A DNA stretch of 64,000 nucleotides from Nitrososphaeria archaeon (GTDB taxonomy: Archaea; Thermoproteota; Nitrososphaeria; Geothermarchaeales; JDFR-13): assembly GCA_027078545.1 (NCBI GenBank), contig JALWXN010000004.1, positions 832,001 through 896,000 on the forward strand, in the 5' to 3' direction. The position numbers were made by a program, and so were the translations under genes. Under the pieces are notes generated by a model. The model was not told where the DNA came from, did not search any database, and saw only the letters and a program-made list of their open reading frames with translations. Below, piece by piece: positions 38,375 to 48,554 of this stretch. How positions within the stretch are numbered: position 1 is the stretch's first letter; each line of letters starts with the position of its first letter.

Positions 38375-39208
38375 CTACTCCCTAAGCCTATACACCCTTC
38401 TCTGACCCTCCCTAACAACCTCTACAACCCCATTCTCAACCAGTTTTGAGAGCCGACGATATAGTGGTGACTTGGGGATACCCGTCTCCTCCATAAGCTC
38501 CGCCGCAGTCATGGGCCTCCTCCTCAAAGCCTCGAGGATCAGCCTATCCCTCTCATCCTCCACCGCCTCCACGAACCTCCTCCTACCCCTATGGAGGATG
38601 AGGAGCGTTGCTCCCGCTGCTATGGCTACAATGAGTATGATTGGTAGCGGGTCTATTCCGCCTGTATCTGCCCCGGCACTCCCGTCGCCACTCTCCTCAC
38701 CACCACCATCTATGGGTGGTGGGCTCATAACATACTCAATCGTGACGTTACCTGGTCCGAAGTCGAGGGCTGGTGAGCTGTTCACAAAGGATATGCCGTA
38801 GTTTTCCCTTGAGACCGATAGGATGATGGTGCCCTCTGGGAGGATTATCCTATAGGGTGTCTCGAACCCTATCTCCAGCCTCCATATCTCGGCCTCCTTC
38901 GAGGTGAGGCCGTAGAAATAGGCCTCTACCCAGACCCTCTCAGAGGTGGATATGAATAGTAGCTCGTCACCCTCCAATAGGTATGGGAGGTCACCCCCCT
39001 CCGTATAGATCCTGACGTGGAACGGCTCCGAGGGCAGCTTGAGCGATACATTTTCGGGAGGCAGGGTTACCAAGTCATAGAGAACCATGACGGATCCGTC
39101 TCTATAAACCTCGACAAGGATATTCCTAACCTGGTATGGATACGCCCCCACAACCGTGGTGGCTATGAGGAGGAGGAGAAGGAGATATAACGTGGGGGCG
39201 AGCCTCAT
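38375..39208 (-). CDS. Second COG2512-like membrane-anchored wHTH regulator
   Basis: Signal peptide, beta domain, G-rich linker, TM and MTAAELMEETGIPKSPLYRRLSKLVENGVVEV. Confidence 0.88.
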   Translation of the reverse strand: MRLAPTLYLLLLLLIATTVVGAYPYQVRNILVEVYRDGSVMVLYDLVTLPPENVSLKLPSEPFHVRIYTEGGDLPYLLEGDELLFISTSERVWVEAYFYGLTSKEAEIWRLEIGFETPYRIILPEGTIILSVSRENYGISFVNSSPALDFGPGNVTIEYVMSPPPIDGGGEESGDGSAGADTGGIDPLPIILIVAIAAGATLLILHRGRRRFVEAVEDERDRLILEALRRRPMTAAELMEETGIPKSPLYRRLSKLVENGVVEVVREGQRRVYRLRE

Positions 39209-39228
39209 GTAAAAAGGGATTGGGTGGG

Positions 39229-40584
39229 TCAGCTATATTTCGCTAGGAGCTCGTCAACCCTCTGTATAAGGCTGTCTAGGTACTTGATGACGAAGTCGGG
39301 TATGTTGGGATAGCGTGAAAGCCTATCCCTAAGCTCGAGGAGCCCCTCCCTAATCATCCCAAGCTGGACTATTAGGTACTCCCTGGTTATCTCACCAGCC
39401 TCGTACTTCCTGACAAGCTCATCGATCCTCTCCTCGAACTGTCTAAGCATTGAGAGGAACTGGTTGGCCAGCCTATCCATACCACCCCTGATCCTCCTAA
39501 TCTCCTCCCTGATAAACTCCTTCATCTCCTCCAGCCTCTCCAGCACGGGCATGGGCACTGGTATACCTAGGCCTGGGAGCTCCTCCATGAGACCCTCAAG
39601 CCTGTTCAACGCCTGCTCCAGAGTAGCCAGCGCAGCCTCCACATCACCGTTGTCGAGGCTCTCGATAGCGCTGTCGACGAGGCTCTTGACATCCCTCATA
39701 ACCTCAACCACGTCTATAGCCTTCCTCCTAACCTTCTCATCGACACCGATCTCTACACCCTTCTCCGCTATCCTCTCGGCCCTCTCGATAAACTCGCCTA
39801 TGAGGCTCGATAGGAGGGCTAGACGTGCCCTGGCCTCGTTTATCTGGCCATCATTGATCAGGTTTATCGAGCTGTTTATCTCGGCCATGACCTTCATAAC
39901 GAAGGCCATGGTTATGGTGCCTGCAACCATCTGTAGGCTTATCGATGCCCAGTCCCTCCTGAGGCTCTGCCTAATACTCATTATAAGCTCCTCCAGCCTC
40001 TGATCAATCTCCCGGAGCCTCTCCATAGCTGCCTCAGGCCCTATCTCGTCGACCTCATCCATCAGCTGGAGCAGCTCGTCCCTAGCCTCCCTGAGATCAG
40101 CTATTATCTCGTCTATATTGATGTCGATACAGTAACCGGTGGAGGCGGCTCCACATACTACTCCAGACTCCTTCATCCTCTCAGCGGCCTCGATGGCCGA
40201 CTCCACTATCCTCAGCCTGACACTTATAGCTGCCATAACTGCCTCTACATCCAGGGTCTCCTCTGGGGGTGCGACGGTATAGACATACTTGATCACTGGG
40301 GCGAGGAGTGTGCCTGCCTTTATGAGCATGTCGACAGCCTCCTCCTCATCAGCCTCCCTGGCCTGGCTCACGAGGCTCTTGGCCTCCTCCAGATTAGCCT
40401 GTAGATCCTCTGGGAGGGATATGTTATGTGCCTCGATGTACTGCTCAAGCCTCTCAATAAGCCTCTCCATATACTCGATATACTTGTCTATAGGCCTCTC
40501 CGCACCGATCACAGAAGTATTTATCAAGACCCCGCTAAGCACGAGCGCCAGCAGCGTCACAGCCGAGAGTAGTCTATACATCAT
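39229..40584 (-). CDS. Secreted alpha-helical bundle protein
   Basis: Signal peptide MMYRLLSAVTLL after a GGTGAG SD; amphipathic helices; one Cys pair. The ORF is open from 40674. Confidence 0.85.
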   Translation of the reverse strand: MMYRLLSAVTLLALVLSGVLINTSVIGAERPIDKYIEYMERLIERLEQYIEAHNISLPEDLQANLEEAKSLVSQAREADEEEAVDMLIKAGTLLAPVIKYVYTVAPPEETLDVEAVMAAISVRLRIVESAIEAAERMKESGVVCGAASTGYCIDINIDEIIADLREARDELLQLMDEVDEIGPEAAMERLREIDQRLEELIMSIRQSLRRDWASISLQMVAGTITMAFVMKVMAEINSSINLINDGQINEARARLALLSSLIGEFIERAERIAEKGVEIGVDEKVRRKAIDVVEVMRDVKSLVDSAIESLDNGDVEAALATLEQALNRLEGLMEELPGLGIPVPMPVLERLEEMKEFIREEIRRIRGGMDRLANQFLSMLRQFEERIDELVRKYEAGEITREYLIVQLGMIREGLLELRDRLSRYPNIPDFVIKYLDSLIQRVDELLAKYS

Positions 40585-40624
40585 TGTACTACTCACCGTT
40601 GATATGTGTGGCCGGCTTCCTATT

Positions 40625-41284
40625 TTAGGGAGCCAGTGGGAATAGGATGGGAAGATAGTGGGAAATCCTCTCAAGCCCCCTCTCAGCCGATGCCTCCCTA
40701 GCGGAGAGCCTCCTCCCTAGGATCGCGAAGATATTGGCCAGTAGTGTAAGGCTCAATGTGGGGGACACAACTGGCCGGAGGGTGGTGCTGAGCGTCTCTG
40801 GGCTTCCCAAGACACTTATCGAGACAGCCACGCCTACCGATAGGCCGGGCCCTATAGAGCCGCCCAGCCCTATGAGTAGGAGGGAGTAGACTATCGTCAG
40901 GACCATCCCGGTCAGGGATGGGAGTTTGAATCCTATCAGCTCCCTGGAGAGCCTCCTATCCCTGACCAGCGAGCCTGCCACGAGTGAGAGCCCAGCAGCT
41001 GCATAGGAGAGCTTTGAGGAGATGTAGAGATAGCTGAGTATGGGCATCTCGCCGCTCGAACCGAAGAGTAGTATAGAGACCCTGTCGAAGCCGAAGGATA
41101 CCTCACCGGCCTCCGAGGCCAGCTTGACGAGTGGCCCCCCGAAAAGCACTAGGTATAGGGTTATCAGGCCGGAGAGGAGGGCCGGGACATTTATATGCCC
41201 CAGGTAGAAGACCCTCTCTAGCAGCGTCTTATCACGAGACGGAGATGTATCCGGTGAACTCGACCCTCCTGACGAATACCTCAC
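40625..41284 (-). CDS. Hypothetical membrane protein (start uncertain)
   Basis: About 4 hydrophobic segments; co-oriented in the cluster. Confidence 0.65.
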   Translation of the reverse strand: MRYSSGGSSSPDTSPSRDKTLLERVFYLGHINVPALLSGLITLYLVLFGGPLVKLASEAGEVSFGFDRVSILLFGSSGEMPILSYLYISSKLSYAAAGLSLVAGSLVRDRRLSRELIGFKLPSLTGMVLTIVYSLLLIGLGGSIGPGLSVGVAVSISVLGSPETLSTTLRPVVSPTLSLTLLANIFAILGRRLSAREASAERGLERISHYLPILFPLAP

Positions 41285-41735
41285 CCTGATACTCCACCTC
41301 CATGTACAACACTATGTTCACGTCATACCTACCCTTGGCGAACTGGGAGGCAGGTATCCCAAGCTCCACGGGGATCTCGAAGCTCAACGACTTACCAGCC
41401 TCTAGGGTGCCAAGATCCATGTCTAGGGACACGTCTTGTGAGAGTCGGAGCTCTGCACCTGTAGGATCGACACTTGAGATGTTTACACTCGCATTGATAA
41501 CCTTGAGACCGAACTCCCTGTTACCTGTGTTAAGGGCCTTGACGACGAGGAGCATCTTCGAGTCCTCGATAATCATGTCCTCCAGCCGGAACTCCGCCTC
41601 TATACGTATCGTCTCGAAGTCGAGCTGTAGAAACCTCTGTATATCGAAGTCGACGAGGTAGAGCCCATAGAGTATGGGGGCCGCGAACATAATGATGAGT
41701 ATAATGTTGACTAATTTTGATACATGGCTAGACAC
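41232..41735 (-). CDS. Membrane-anchored beta-sandwich protein (LEA_2/WHy-like)
   Basis: N-terminal TM; VKALNTGN...LEAGKS pattern of Ig/LEA-like folds. Confidence 0.65.
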   Translation of the reverse strand: MSSHVSKLVNIILIIMFAAPILYGLYLVDFDIQRFLQLDFETIRIEAEFRLEDMIIEDSKMLLVVKALNTGNREFGLKVINASVNISSVDPTGAELRLSQDVSLDMDLGTLEAGKSLSFEIPVELGIPASQFAKGRYDVNIVLYMEVEYQGEVFVRRVEFTGYISVS

Positions 41736-41780
41736 GCGGCACCCCCACCAACAAATCCATTATTAATATCACAATATGTA

Positions 41781-42563
41781 TTAAACCCTTGACTGCTTCT
41801 CCTCCAGCTTCATCCTTAGATACGTGAAGATCATCGCGACCAGCACTATGATCGTTGAGAGAGCGTTGATATCCAGCTCAACCCTACCCCTAGCCACCCT
41901 CGTCCAGATATATACTGGTAGGGTGTCGAAGCCGGTAGGCCTAGTGAAGAAGGTCTTTATGAAGTCGTCATAGCTCCATATGAAGGTTAGGAAGGCCGCC
42001 GCCATCACAGCCGGCATCATAAGCGGGATAGTTACCTTCACAAAAGTCCTGATCTCATCAGCCCCCAGAGTCATGGCGGCCTCCTCATACTCCCTGTTCC
42101 AGCCCTGGAACCTCGCCTTAAGGATCAGGTATGCCAGGGGTGCGTCGAAGGCAACATGCCCAATTATGATTGTAAATGGGCTGAGAGGTATCCCCACTAT
42201 GCTTAGGAAGAGGGCCAGCGTCACAGCCTCGACTATCTCGGGTATGATTATCGGCACCATGATAAGGCTGTCTAGGATCGTGCTCCCCCTAGGCCTGTAA
42301 CGGGTGACCCCATAGGCCATCAATATACCTAGGATCAGAGAGACGACCACTACTACCAATGCTGTCCATATAGAATTGTAGAATGAGCCCCACACCCTCT
42401 CATTGGAGAATAGGCTGATATAATTCTCCAGGGAGAAGCCCTCAAAAACCACCTTCGACCTTGAGGCGTTGAATGAGAAGGCAACCATGACAGCGATAGG
42501 GATGTAGATGAGAATCATAACCGTCCAGAAGAATATCTTAAGAAGTGTATCCACCAGCTTCAA
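41781..42563 (-). CDS. potC: Polyamine ABC permease (PotC-like)
   Basis: IYIPI..AFSFN, EEAAMTLGA (EAA loop), SYDDF and INALST. Confidence 0.88.
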   Translation of the reverse strand: MKLVDTLLKIFFWTVMILIYIPIAVMVAFSFNASRSKVVFEGFSLENYISLFSNERVWGSFYNSIWTALVVVVVSLILGILMAYGVTRYRPRGSTILDSLIMVPIIIPEIVEAVTLALFLSIVGIPLSPFTIIIGHVAFDAPLAYLILKARFQGWNREYEEAAMTLGADEIRTFVKVTIPLMMPAVMAAAFLTFIWSYDDFIKTFFTRPTGFDTLPVYIWTRVARGRVELDINALSTIIVLVAMIFTYLRMKLEEKQSRV

Positions 42564-43501
42564 ATGAGGGTCACCTCCCTACCCACGAAGCGGAAGTAGA
42601 GGTAGGTAGCGATAACTATGAGGCCTACATAGACCATCGCCGCGGCACTGCCCAGTGCCCAGCCCTGTATACCACTCACCTTTATGAACTGGTCGAAGAT
42701 TAGGCGGCCTATCGGGTATGACTTACCGCCACCCACTATGATAGGTATTATGAACTCACCCATTGCGGGTATGAATACTAGTAGGCTCCCGGCTATTATC
42801 CCCGGCTTGGCCAGCGGCAGTGTAACCTTCACAAGGGTCTTGAAGGGAGTCGCTCCAAGTGTATACGCAGCCTCTATAAGCTCCTTATTAATCTTCTCCA
42901 CCACCCCGTAGATCGGGAGGAGCATGAATATCAGGTAGCTATAAACCATCGTGATCAGGACAGCGGTATCCGTACCGATTATGGATATCGGGCCATCAGT
43001 TATACCGAGAGCCATCAAGGTTGTAGAGACGATCCCATCGGGATGGAAGAGGAATCTTATGGCGTAGACACGTATGATGAAGTTTACCCAGAAGGGGAGG
43101 AAGATAAGGAAGAGGACGAAGTTCTTCCTCCTCCTATCAAGCTTGAAGGCCATGTAGTAGGCCATGGGGAAGGATATCAATAGTGTCCCAATAGTCGTGA
43201 AGGAGGCGTAGTAGAGGCTCTGCATAATGCTGACCGAGGTACCCGGGCTCGTGAAGAAGCTTATATAATACTCGAGACTAGGCTGGAGACTCAATACCCA
43301 TACAAGTGCGTCACCAATCCTTTCCCTAACAAGCATACCGAAGCTGAGGAGGAGCGCGACAACGAAGGGGAGGAAGAAGAATATCGCAAGTGTTATTAGG
43401 CCAGGGGATAAAAAGAGTATGGTTTTCAGCCGCCGGTCCCTACGTATCCTATCCGCCAAGCGGCTAAGCAGCGACACTACGCAGTCTGCACCTGCTGCCA
43501 A
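42560..43501 (-). CDS. potB: Polyamine ABC permease (PotB-like)
   Basis: LPFWVNFIIRVYA, LIEAAYTLGA and GSLLVFIPAMGEF. Confidence 0.88.
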   Translation of the reverse strand: MAAGADCVVSLLSRLADRIRRDRRLKTILFLSPGLITLAIFFFLPFVVALLLSFGMLVRERIGDALVWVLSLQPSLEYYISFFTSPGTSVSIMQSLYYASFTTIGTLLISFPMAYYMAFKLDRRRKNFVLFLIFLPFWVNFIIRVYAIRFLFHPDGIVSTTLMALGITDGPISIIGTDTAVLITMVYSYLIFMLLPIYGVVEKINKELIEAAYTLGATPFKTLVKVTLPLAKPGIIAGSLLVFIPAMGEFIIPIIVGGGKSYPIGRLIFDQFIKVSGIQGWALGSAAAMVYVGLIVIATYLYFRFVGREVTLI

Positions 43502-44661
43502 TACCTCTGCCAGAGCTCCTCCAACTCGGGTGTCAGCATAGTCCAGTAGAGCTTGTCGTAGAGGCTCTCCGGGACGAAGATAGTCGGGTCGTTCCTAAGT
43601 ATCTCGGGGACATACTTGATACCGGCTGGGAATGGATACTTCACAGTCATGGTGTGGATAGCAGATATCACCGGGTCGAGGAACCAGTTGATGAAGGCGT
43701 GGGCATTCTCGATGTTCTTGGCATTAGCAGGTATCGCGAAGTTGTCGAACCAGGCTACGGCACCCTCCTCGGGAACCACATACTTGATCTGTGGATTAGC
43801 GATACCCATCAAGACCTCTGTCTCACTAGACTCATAGATGATACCGGCGATATCACCGTTCCAGGCCTGGGAGATGTAGAAGAGACTTCCCGTTGGAAGG
43901 TTCTCCATAATCGCCTCGGTAGATACGTATCCATATAGATACTGCTTCTGGGCAATAAGCAGGTCGGCTATGTCTTGAAGCTGGTTCTCATCCATAGTGT
44001 CGATGGGATATCCAAGGTAGATAGCGGCCGCGTCCATCACCTCGATACTCTCCTCTAACATCGTCACCTTACCAGCATGTCTCCTAATGATGCTGTCGGG
44101 ATTGTCAACGTCGAAGAGGTCTCCCCAGCTGGTTATCTCGTCCCCGCCAAGCTTATCCTCGTTATATGCTATAGCCGTCGTACCATAGCTATAGATCACG
44201 GTATACTCGTTGTCTGGATCCCACTCCCTACCCATGAAGTTCTCGGGGATGTACTCAACGTTGGGGATCTTGTCGAGATCGATCTTCTGTAGAAGCCCCT
44301 TCTCAATCAGGGATGGGATGTAGGAGGCGCTCGGAACGACGAGGTCATAGCTAACGGTACCCAGCTCAAGAGTGGCGACGAGCTCATCGTTAGACTCGTA
44401 GTGGTCGATCGTCAGCCTGATACCATTCTCCTTAGCCCACTGGTCGATAAGCTCAAGATTGGCGTACCACGTCCAGTTGTAGAAATTGAACTCCTCCTCC
44501 AGCTCCACACCAGCCCTAGAGGCAAGCTCCCTAATCCTCTCGTTGAGGCTGTCGACCTCACCCTGCCTAGCCATGTAGCCAGCTCCGACGCCCAGCGCTA
44601 GCCCGGCGGCCCCGGCCACCGCTACCCTCAAGAAGTCACGGCGACTAGACACCTTAACCAC
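43477..44661 (-). CDS. potD: Polyamine-binding protein (PotD/PotF-like) with Tat signal
   Basis: SRRDFL; FYNWTWY; YESNDEL; YDLVVPS; WNGD; PEEG..WFDN. Confidence 0.9.
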   Translation of the reverse strand: MVKVSSRRDFLRVAVAGAAGLALGVGAGYMARQGEVDSLNERIRELASRAGVELEEEFNFYNWTWYANLELIDQWAKENGIRLTIDHYESNDELVATLELGTVSYDLVVPSASYIPSLIEKGLLQKIDLDKIPNVEYIPENFMGREWDPDNEYTVIYSYGTTAIAYNEDKLGGDEITSWGDLFDVDNPDSIIRRHAGKVTMLEESIEVMDAAAIYLGYPIDTMDENQLQDIADLLIAQKQYLYGYVSTEAIMENLPTGSLFYISQAWNGDIAGIIYESSETEVLMGIANPQIKYVVPEEGAVAWFDNFAIPANAKNIENAHAFINWFLDPVISAIHTMTVKYPFPAGIKYVPEILRNDPTIFVPESLYDKLYWTMLTPELEELWQRYWQQVQTA

Positions 44662-44703
44662 CAGGGCCTGATGTTATTCTTATCCCTGAAAACCTCTTTT
44701 AAA

Positions 44704-44758
44704 TCAACCTACTCTTTCCTGTAGGTTGAGCGAAGTAACACTAAGTATGCATATTTAG
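44704..44758. promoter_or_regulatory. Inverted repeats in the divergent potD / 44874 promoter region
   Basis: TCAACCTAC-N8-GTAGGTTGA (44704-44729) and CTAAGTATGCATATTTAG (44741-44758). Confidence 0.45.
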
Positions 44759-44873
44759 GTGATCGGCTAGACCCCAACACCTATACAAGGGTTTTTATCG
44801 CTATGTGATTCCTCTCCCTAGCCCGTGACGATTGATAGGGTCTCATTAGCATGGTCGAGCCATATATTTTGAC

Positions 44874-45326
44874 ATGGGATGCATCGATCCACGCTTCTTC
44901 GACCAGGAGATATACGCAATCTATAGGGCAGTCAACGAGAAGATTGGGGAGGATACGTGGTGGATAGTCTGGAGGGCTGGAGAGATCCTACTCGACGAGC
45001 TATGGCAGGAGCTCGGCCTATCAAGCCTAGGCCTGGGAGAGGCGCTCAAGAAGCTTGGCGAGTGGCTGAAGAGGGTCGGCTATGTCGAGGATATAGAGGT
45101 CCGTCTCCACGATGGGGAGGCGGAGTACATCATGACCGAGCCAGTCATCACTCCTGGTGCCAAGAGGCTTATAGAGGAGGGGATGGTGCCCCCACACATC
45201 TCCACCAGCCTACTATTCGCCCTCCTGAAGAGGCATGGTTACCGAGCCGAGATGGCGGGGGATCCAGTATTCCTGGAGGACGGCCGGGTACTCGAGAGGT
45301 GGAGACTTGTAAGGCTTGAGGAGTAG
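44874..45326 (+). CDS. Hypothetical protein, possibly V4R/H-NOX-like ligand-binding fold
   Basis: Pattern helix-'IG'-helix-'AGE'...'L.K.L..WL...GY' followed by beta strands; pattern recognition only. Confidence 0.6.
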   Translation: MGCIDPRFFDQEIYAIYRAVNEKIGEDTWWIVWRAGEILLDELWQELGLSSLGLGEALKKLGEWLKRVGYVEDIEVRLHDGEAEYIMTEPVITPGAKRLIEEGMVPPHISTSLLFALLKRHGYRAEMAGDPVFLEDGRVLERWRLVRLEE

Positions 45327-45337
45327 GTGGTCATCCC

Positions 45338-47158
45338 TTGATAGGCTTTGAGGAGTGGGACCCATCCCTTAGGGACGAGGTCTTCCAAAAGCTGAAGAGC
45401 TTCTCGAAGCCAGGAACGGAGTATAGGCTTGCCGGGACAGAGGCGGAGGAGAGGGCGGCCCATTACATAGCGGGGAAGATGGGGGAGCTAGGTCTAGAGG
45501 TTGAGCTACAGCCAGTACCCATAGATGGATGGAGAAGGATCGATGGATACATAAGATGCGAGGATGGATATAGAGCCGAGCTCTACACCTATGCCGGGAA
45601 CCCCGGCGGCTCTGCCGAGGGTGAGCTAATAGCTATAGAGGACCCCCTCGAGGGAGATGTGGAGGGGAGGATAGTCCTCTTCCTAGGTGATACCTACCCC
45701 TCACACCTGATAACCATGGCTATAATAGCCAGTAGAGGGGCGAGGGCCATAGTCCTGGGGAAGAGGAGTGATAAGTATCCTAGCCACTACCACATAGCGA
45801 ATAACGAGTCGGCCGACTACATCCCACTGGGAGTAGTACGATGGGGGGATGTGGAGAGGCTCCTAGAGAGGGTTGGCAGACATTTCGAGCTGTCAATCGA
45901 GACAGAGATATTCAGGGGGACGGGCTACAACGTCATAGGCACGATTGGAGAGGGTCCGGAGATACTCGTGACGGCCCACCACGACGCCTACTACCCAGGA
46001 ATAGTCGACAACGCATCTGGCGTAGCCGCTATACTAGACCTAGCCAGGGCGATCAGAGACTCACCATCCCGCAGCAGGTTCAGATACAGGTTTATCAGCT
46101 ATACAGCGGAGGAGTATGGGCTTAGGGACCAGGTCTTCGACTACCTAGTGGGGAGTAGACACTACTTCCGCGAGTTAGCAGGCGATCCCTCAAGGCTGGG
46201 CAGGATAGTCGCGATGATAAACTTCGACGTTATAGGGCTTAGGGGGGAGCCGATAGGTATAGCCTATACCCCAGACCTTGAGGAGGCCGTTGTATCCACC
46301 GTCAACAGCCTATCAATAGAGAGTAGGAGTGGGTATAGACTGATCGATATGCCCAGCATATGGCTAGACATGTGGCCAGCCACCATATGGGGTATAAGCA
46401 CGGTAAGCTTCTCCCAGCTGGGTGATAACACTTATCACCAGTACTACTACCACACCGAGGGGGACACCGAGGAACTGATAGGCGATGAAAATTATCTAGA
46501 GACACTGGAGACCGCCTATGAACTAATTGAGAACATATCCAGGACGAGGACACCATTCCGAGTCTCAAGGATACTCAACAGGCTATCCAAGACCCTGCGG
46601 GAGGACTGGGGACCAGGACAGAGAAGCAGGTATAGAAGGGCAGTAGATAGGGTCATAGAGCTCGAGGCCCGGCTCCAGCAGCTCGAACATCTGAGGGAGG
46701 CTGGGGGAGAGGTCAGGGGGTATAGGAGGATAATGGGTATGCTCAGGAGGGATCTATATAGACTGCTATATAGCTACGGCCTCAGATTCCCCACCACACT
46801 CTTCCCACTGCCCTGGGGAGTGGTCCTCACACATATAGAGAGGGCCTTAGAAAGGGGTGGGGATAACGCCAGGGAGATCCTACGGACATATATGGGGGCT
46901 ACGTGGCCACTACACCTTGAGGAGAAGTATCTCAAGGATATTTTGGATAGGCTGAGGAGGGTGGAAGGCCTAGGGCTTGGCCAGCCACCAATATATCCGG
47001 AGCCTGATAGGCTGGATAGGGATCTACTAGACTGGCTAGCCACGACCCGTGAGGCCTATATAGACATGCTTTGGAACGTCTTGGAGGCGCTGGGGGAGAT
47101 CGTTAAGCACTATGAGGAGGAGGCTAAGCAGTCACCCTCCCGAGAGACCTCTCCATAA
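45338..47158 (+). CDS. M28 family peptidase with PA domain
   Basis: RLAGT, TAHHD, DNASGVA, AEEYG, INFD and YYHTEGD. Confidence 0.92.
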   Translation: MIGFEEWDPSLRDEVFQKLKSFSKPGTEYRLAGTEAEERAAHYIAGKMGELGLEVELQPVPIDGWRRIDGYIRCEDGYRAELYTYAGNPGGSAEGELIAIEDPLEGDVEGRIVLFLGDTYPSHLITMAIIASRGARAIVLGKRSDKYPSHYHIANNESADYIPLGVVRWGDVERLLERVGRHFELSIETEIFRGTGYNVIGTIGEGPEILVTAHHDAYYPGIVDNASGVAAILDLARAIRDSPSRSRFRYRFISYTAEEYGLRDQVFDYLVGSRHYFRELAGDPSRLGRIVAMINFDVIGLRGEPIGIAYTPDLEEAVVSTVNSLSIESRSGYRLIDMPSIWLDMWPATIWGISTVSFSQLGDNTYHQYYYHTEGDTEELIGDENYLETLETAYELIENISRTRTPFRVSRILNRLSKTLREDWGPGQRSRYRRAVDRVIELEARLQQLEHLREAGGEVRGYRRIMGMLRRDLYRLLYSYGLRFPTTLFPLPWGVVLTHIERALERGGDNAREILRTYMGATWPLHLEEKYLKDILDRLRRVEGLGLGQPPIYPEPDRLDRDLLDWLATTREAYIDMLWNVLEALGEIVKHYEEEAKQSPSRETSP

Positions 47159-48554
47159 GGCCTTCAGGGATGTATGGCGGGAACCTCTGTCTAAGCTCCG
47201 CAAATATCTCGTCAGTCGTCCTGGCCCACTCAGCTATCCCCTCAGGCCTCTCAGGATAGTCTAGGTAGTGCTGCTTCACCCTCTTCATAACCTTCAACGT
47301 ATAGTCGAGATCCCTGATCACACCCATCTTCCCATGGGCCATAGCCTTCAACACCTTTACGAGCTTGTCATAGACACTTATAACGTCATCCTCATCCCTC
47401 GCCTTGGAGACCTCCTCACTCTTCAGAATCCCATACCTAATCACGAACTCATACTCGGCATCGCTATACGCCTGCATCAGGTGTCTAAAGACGTCTAGCC
47501 TAGCCTGCCTCACACCATAGGGGCTAGTCATATATGCATGTTGATACCTCCACATCATCTCCATGCTGTAGTCCCCGGCCTCCACAGCCTCGGCTACATA
47601 TTTCGACAATAGGTATGCACCATAGAGACCATAGCCTATCCCCTCAGCCGTCGCAGGGTCAATCATTATCGCGCTGTCACCCACAGCCGCGAAGCCGTTC
47701 CCCACGAAGACGTGTCTAGGCCTCCTGTTAGGGATGTTCCAGGTGCCCTTCTTAATGATCTCCCTCTCCGCCAGTAGGTCCGGCATGAACTCCCGGATAT
47801 ACCTCTCCATCAGGATGTGGGGCTTAGGTATGTCGGGGTGGGGCATCACCCCATTCCCAATGTTGAGCATGTATCCCTCCCTATCCCATGGGAAGAGCCA
47901 TACATAGCCCGTAGGGGCATACTCGCTTATGAACTGTAGATGGACATAGTCAACCTCCTCAAACCTCTTCTTTATACGTACAACCTCTCTATACGCGTTG
48001 ATGATATCCCTATCCAAGATCTCCTTCTCAATACCCCATGTCTCGGGGGCCTTCCTTATCAGTATCGAGCTGTAGCCAGTTGCATCCACAACCACCTTAG
48101 CCCTTATCTCGTAGGGCTCACCACCTCCCCGGGGCCTGACCACGATCCCCTTTGCATAGCCATCCTCAACAACCAGGTCCTGTATGATTGTGGAGCTATA
48201 GAGCTCAGCACCCGCATCCAGCGCCATTCTGAGGAGCTCTTGCCCCCATCCATGCCTATCAACCACGTATCCACCCTCCCTAGTCTCAACGGCTATGCTA
48301 TACCTCATATCCCTGGGGTAGACCTTTATCCCCTTGATATAGCTCCTCACAATGCTGTCACTGGGGTGTGGAAGGCCCGTTGCAGAGAAGTGGTGGCCAG
48401 CTATAGCGTCTCCACATATCTTATCCCCAATATCCTCCCTACTACGCCTATCCACCAGTGCTACGCTCAGCCCCTTCTTTGCCAGGAGGTATGCAGCCGT
48501 CATCCCAGCCGTCCCGGAACCTGCTACTACGACGTCATAGGTCTTCTGCTCCAT
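47124..48554 (-). CDS. Geranylgeranyl reductase family flavoprotein (DGGR-like)
   Basis: GSGTAG dinucleotide motif, KICGDA, GYVWLFP and VGDSA..IDPATAEGI. Confidence 0.9.
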   Translation of the reverse strand: MEQKTYDVVVAGSGTAGMTAAYLLAKKGLSVALVDRRSREDIGDKICGDAIAGHHFSATGLPHPSDSIVRSYIKGIKVYPRDMRYSIAVETREGGYVVDRHGWGQELLRMALDAGAELYSSTIIQDLVVEDGYAKGIVVRPRGGGEPYEIRAKVVVDATGYSSILIRKAPETWGIEKEILDRDIINAYREVVRIKKRFEEVDYVHLQFISEYAPTGYVWLFPWDREGYMLNIGNGVMPHPDIPKPHILMERYIREFMPDLLAEREIIKKGTWNIPNRRPRHVFVGNGFAAVGDSAIMIDPATAEGIGYGLYGAYLLSKYVAEAVEAGDYSMEMMWRYQHAYMTSPYGVRQARLDVFRHLMQAYSDAEYEFVIRYGILKSEEVSKARDEDDVISVYDKLVKVLKAMAHGKMGVIRDLDYTLKVMKRVKQHYLDYPERPEGIAEWARTTDEIFAELRQRFPPYIPEGLMERSLGRVTA

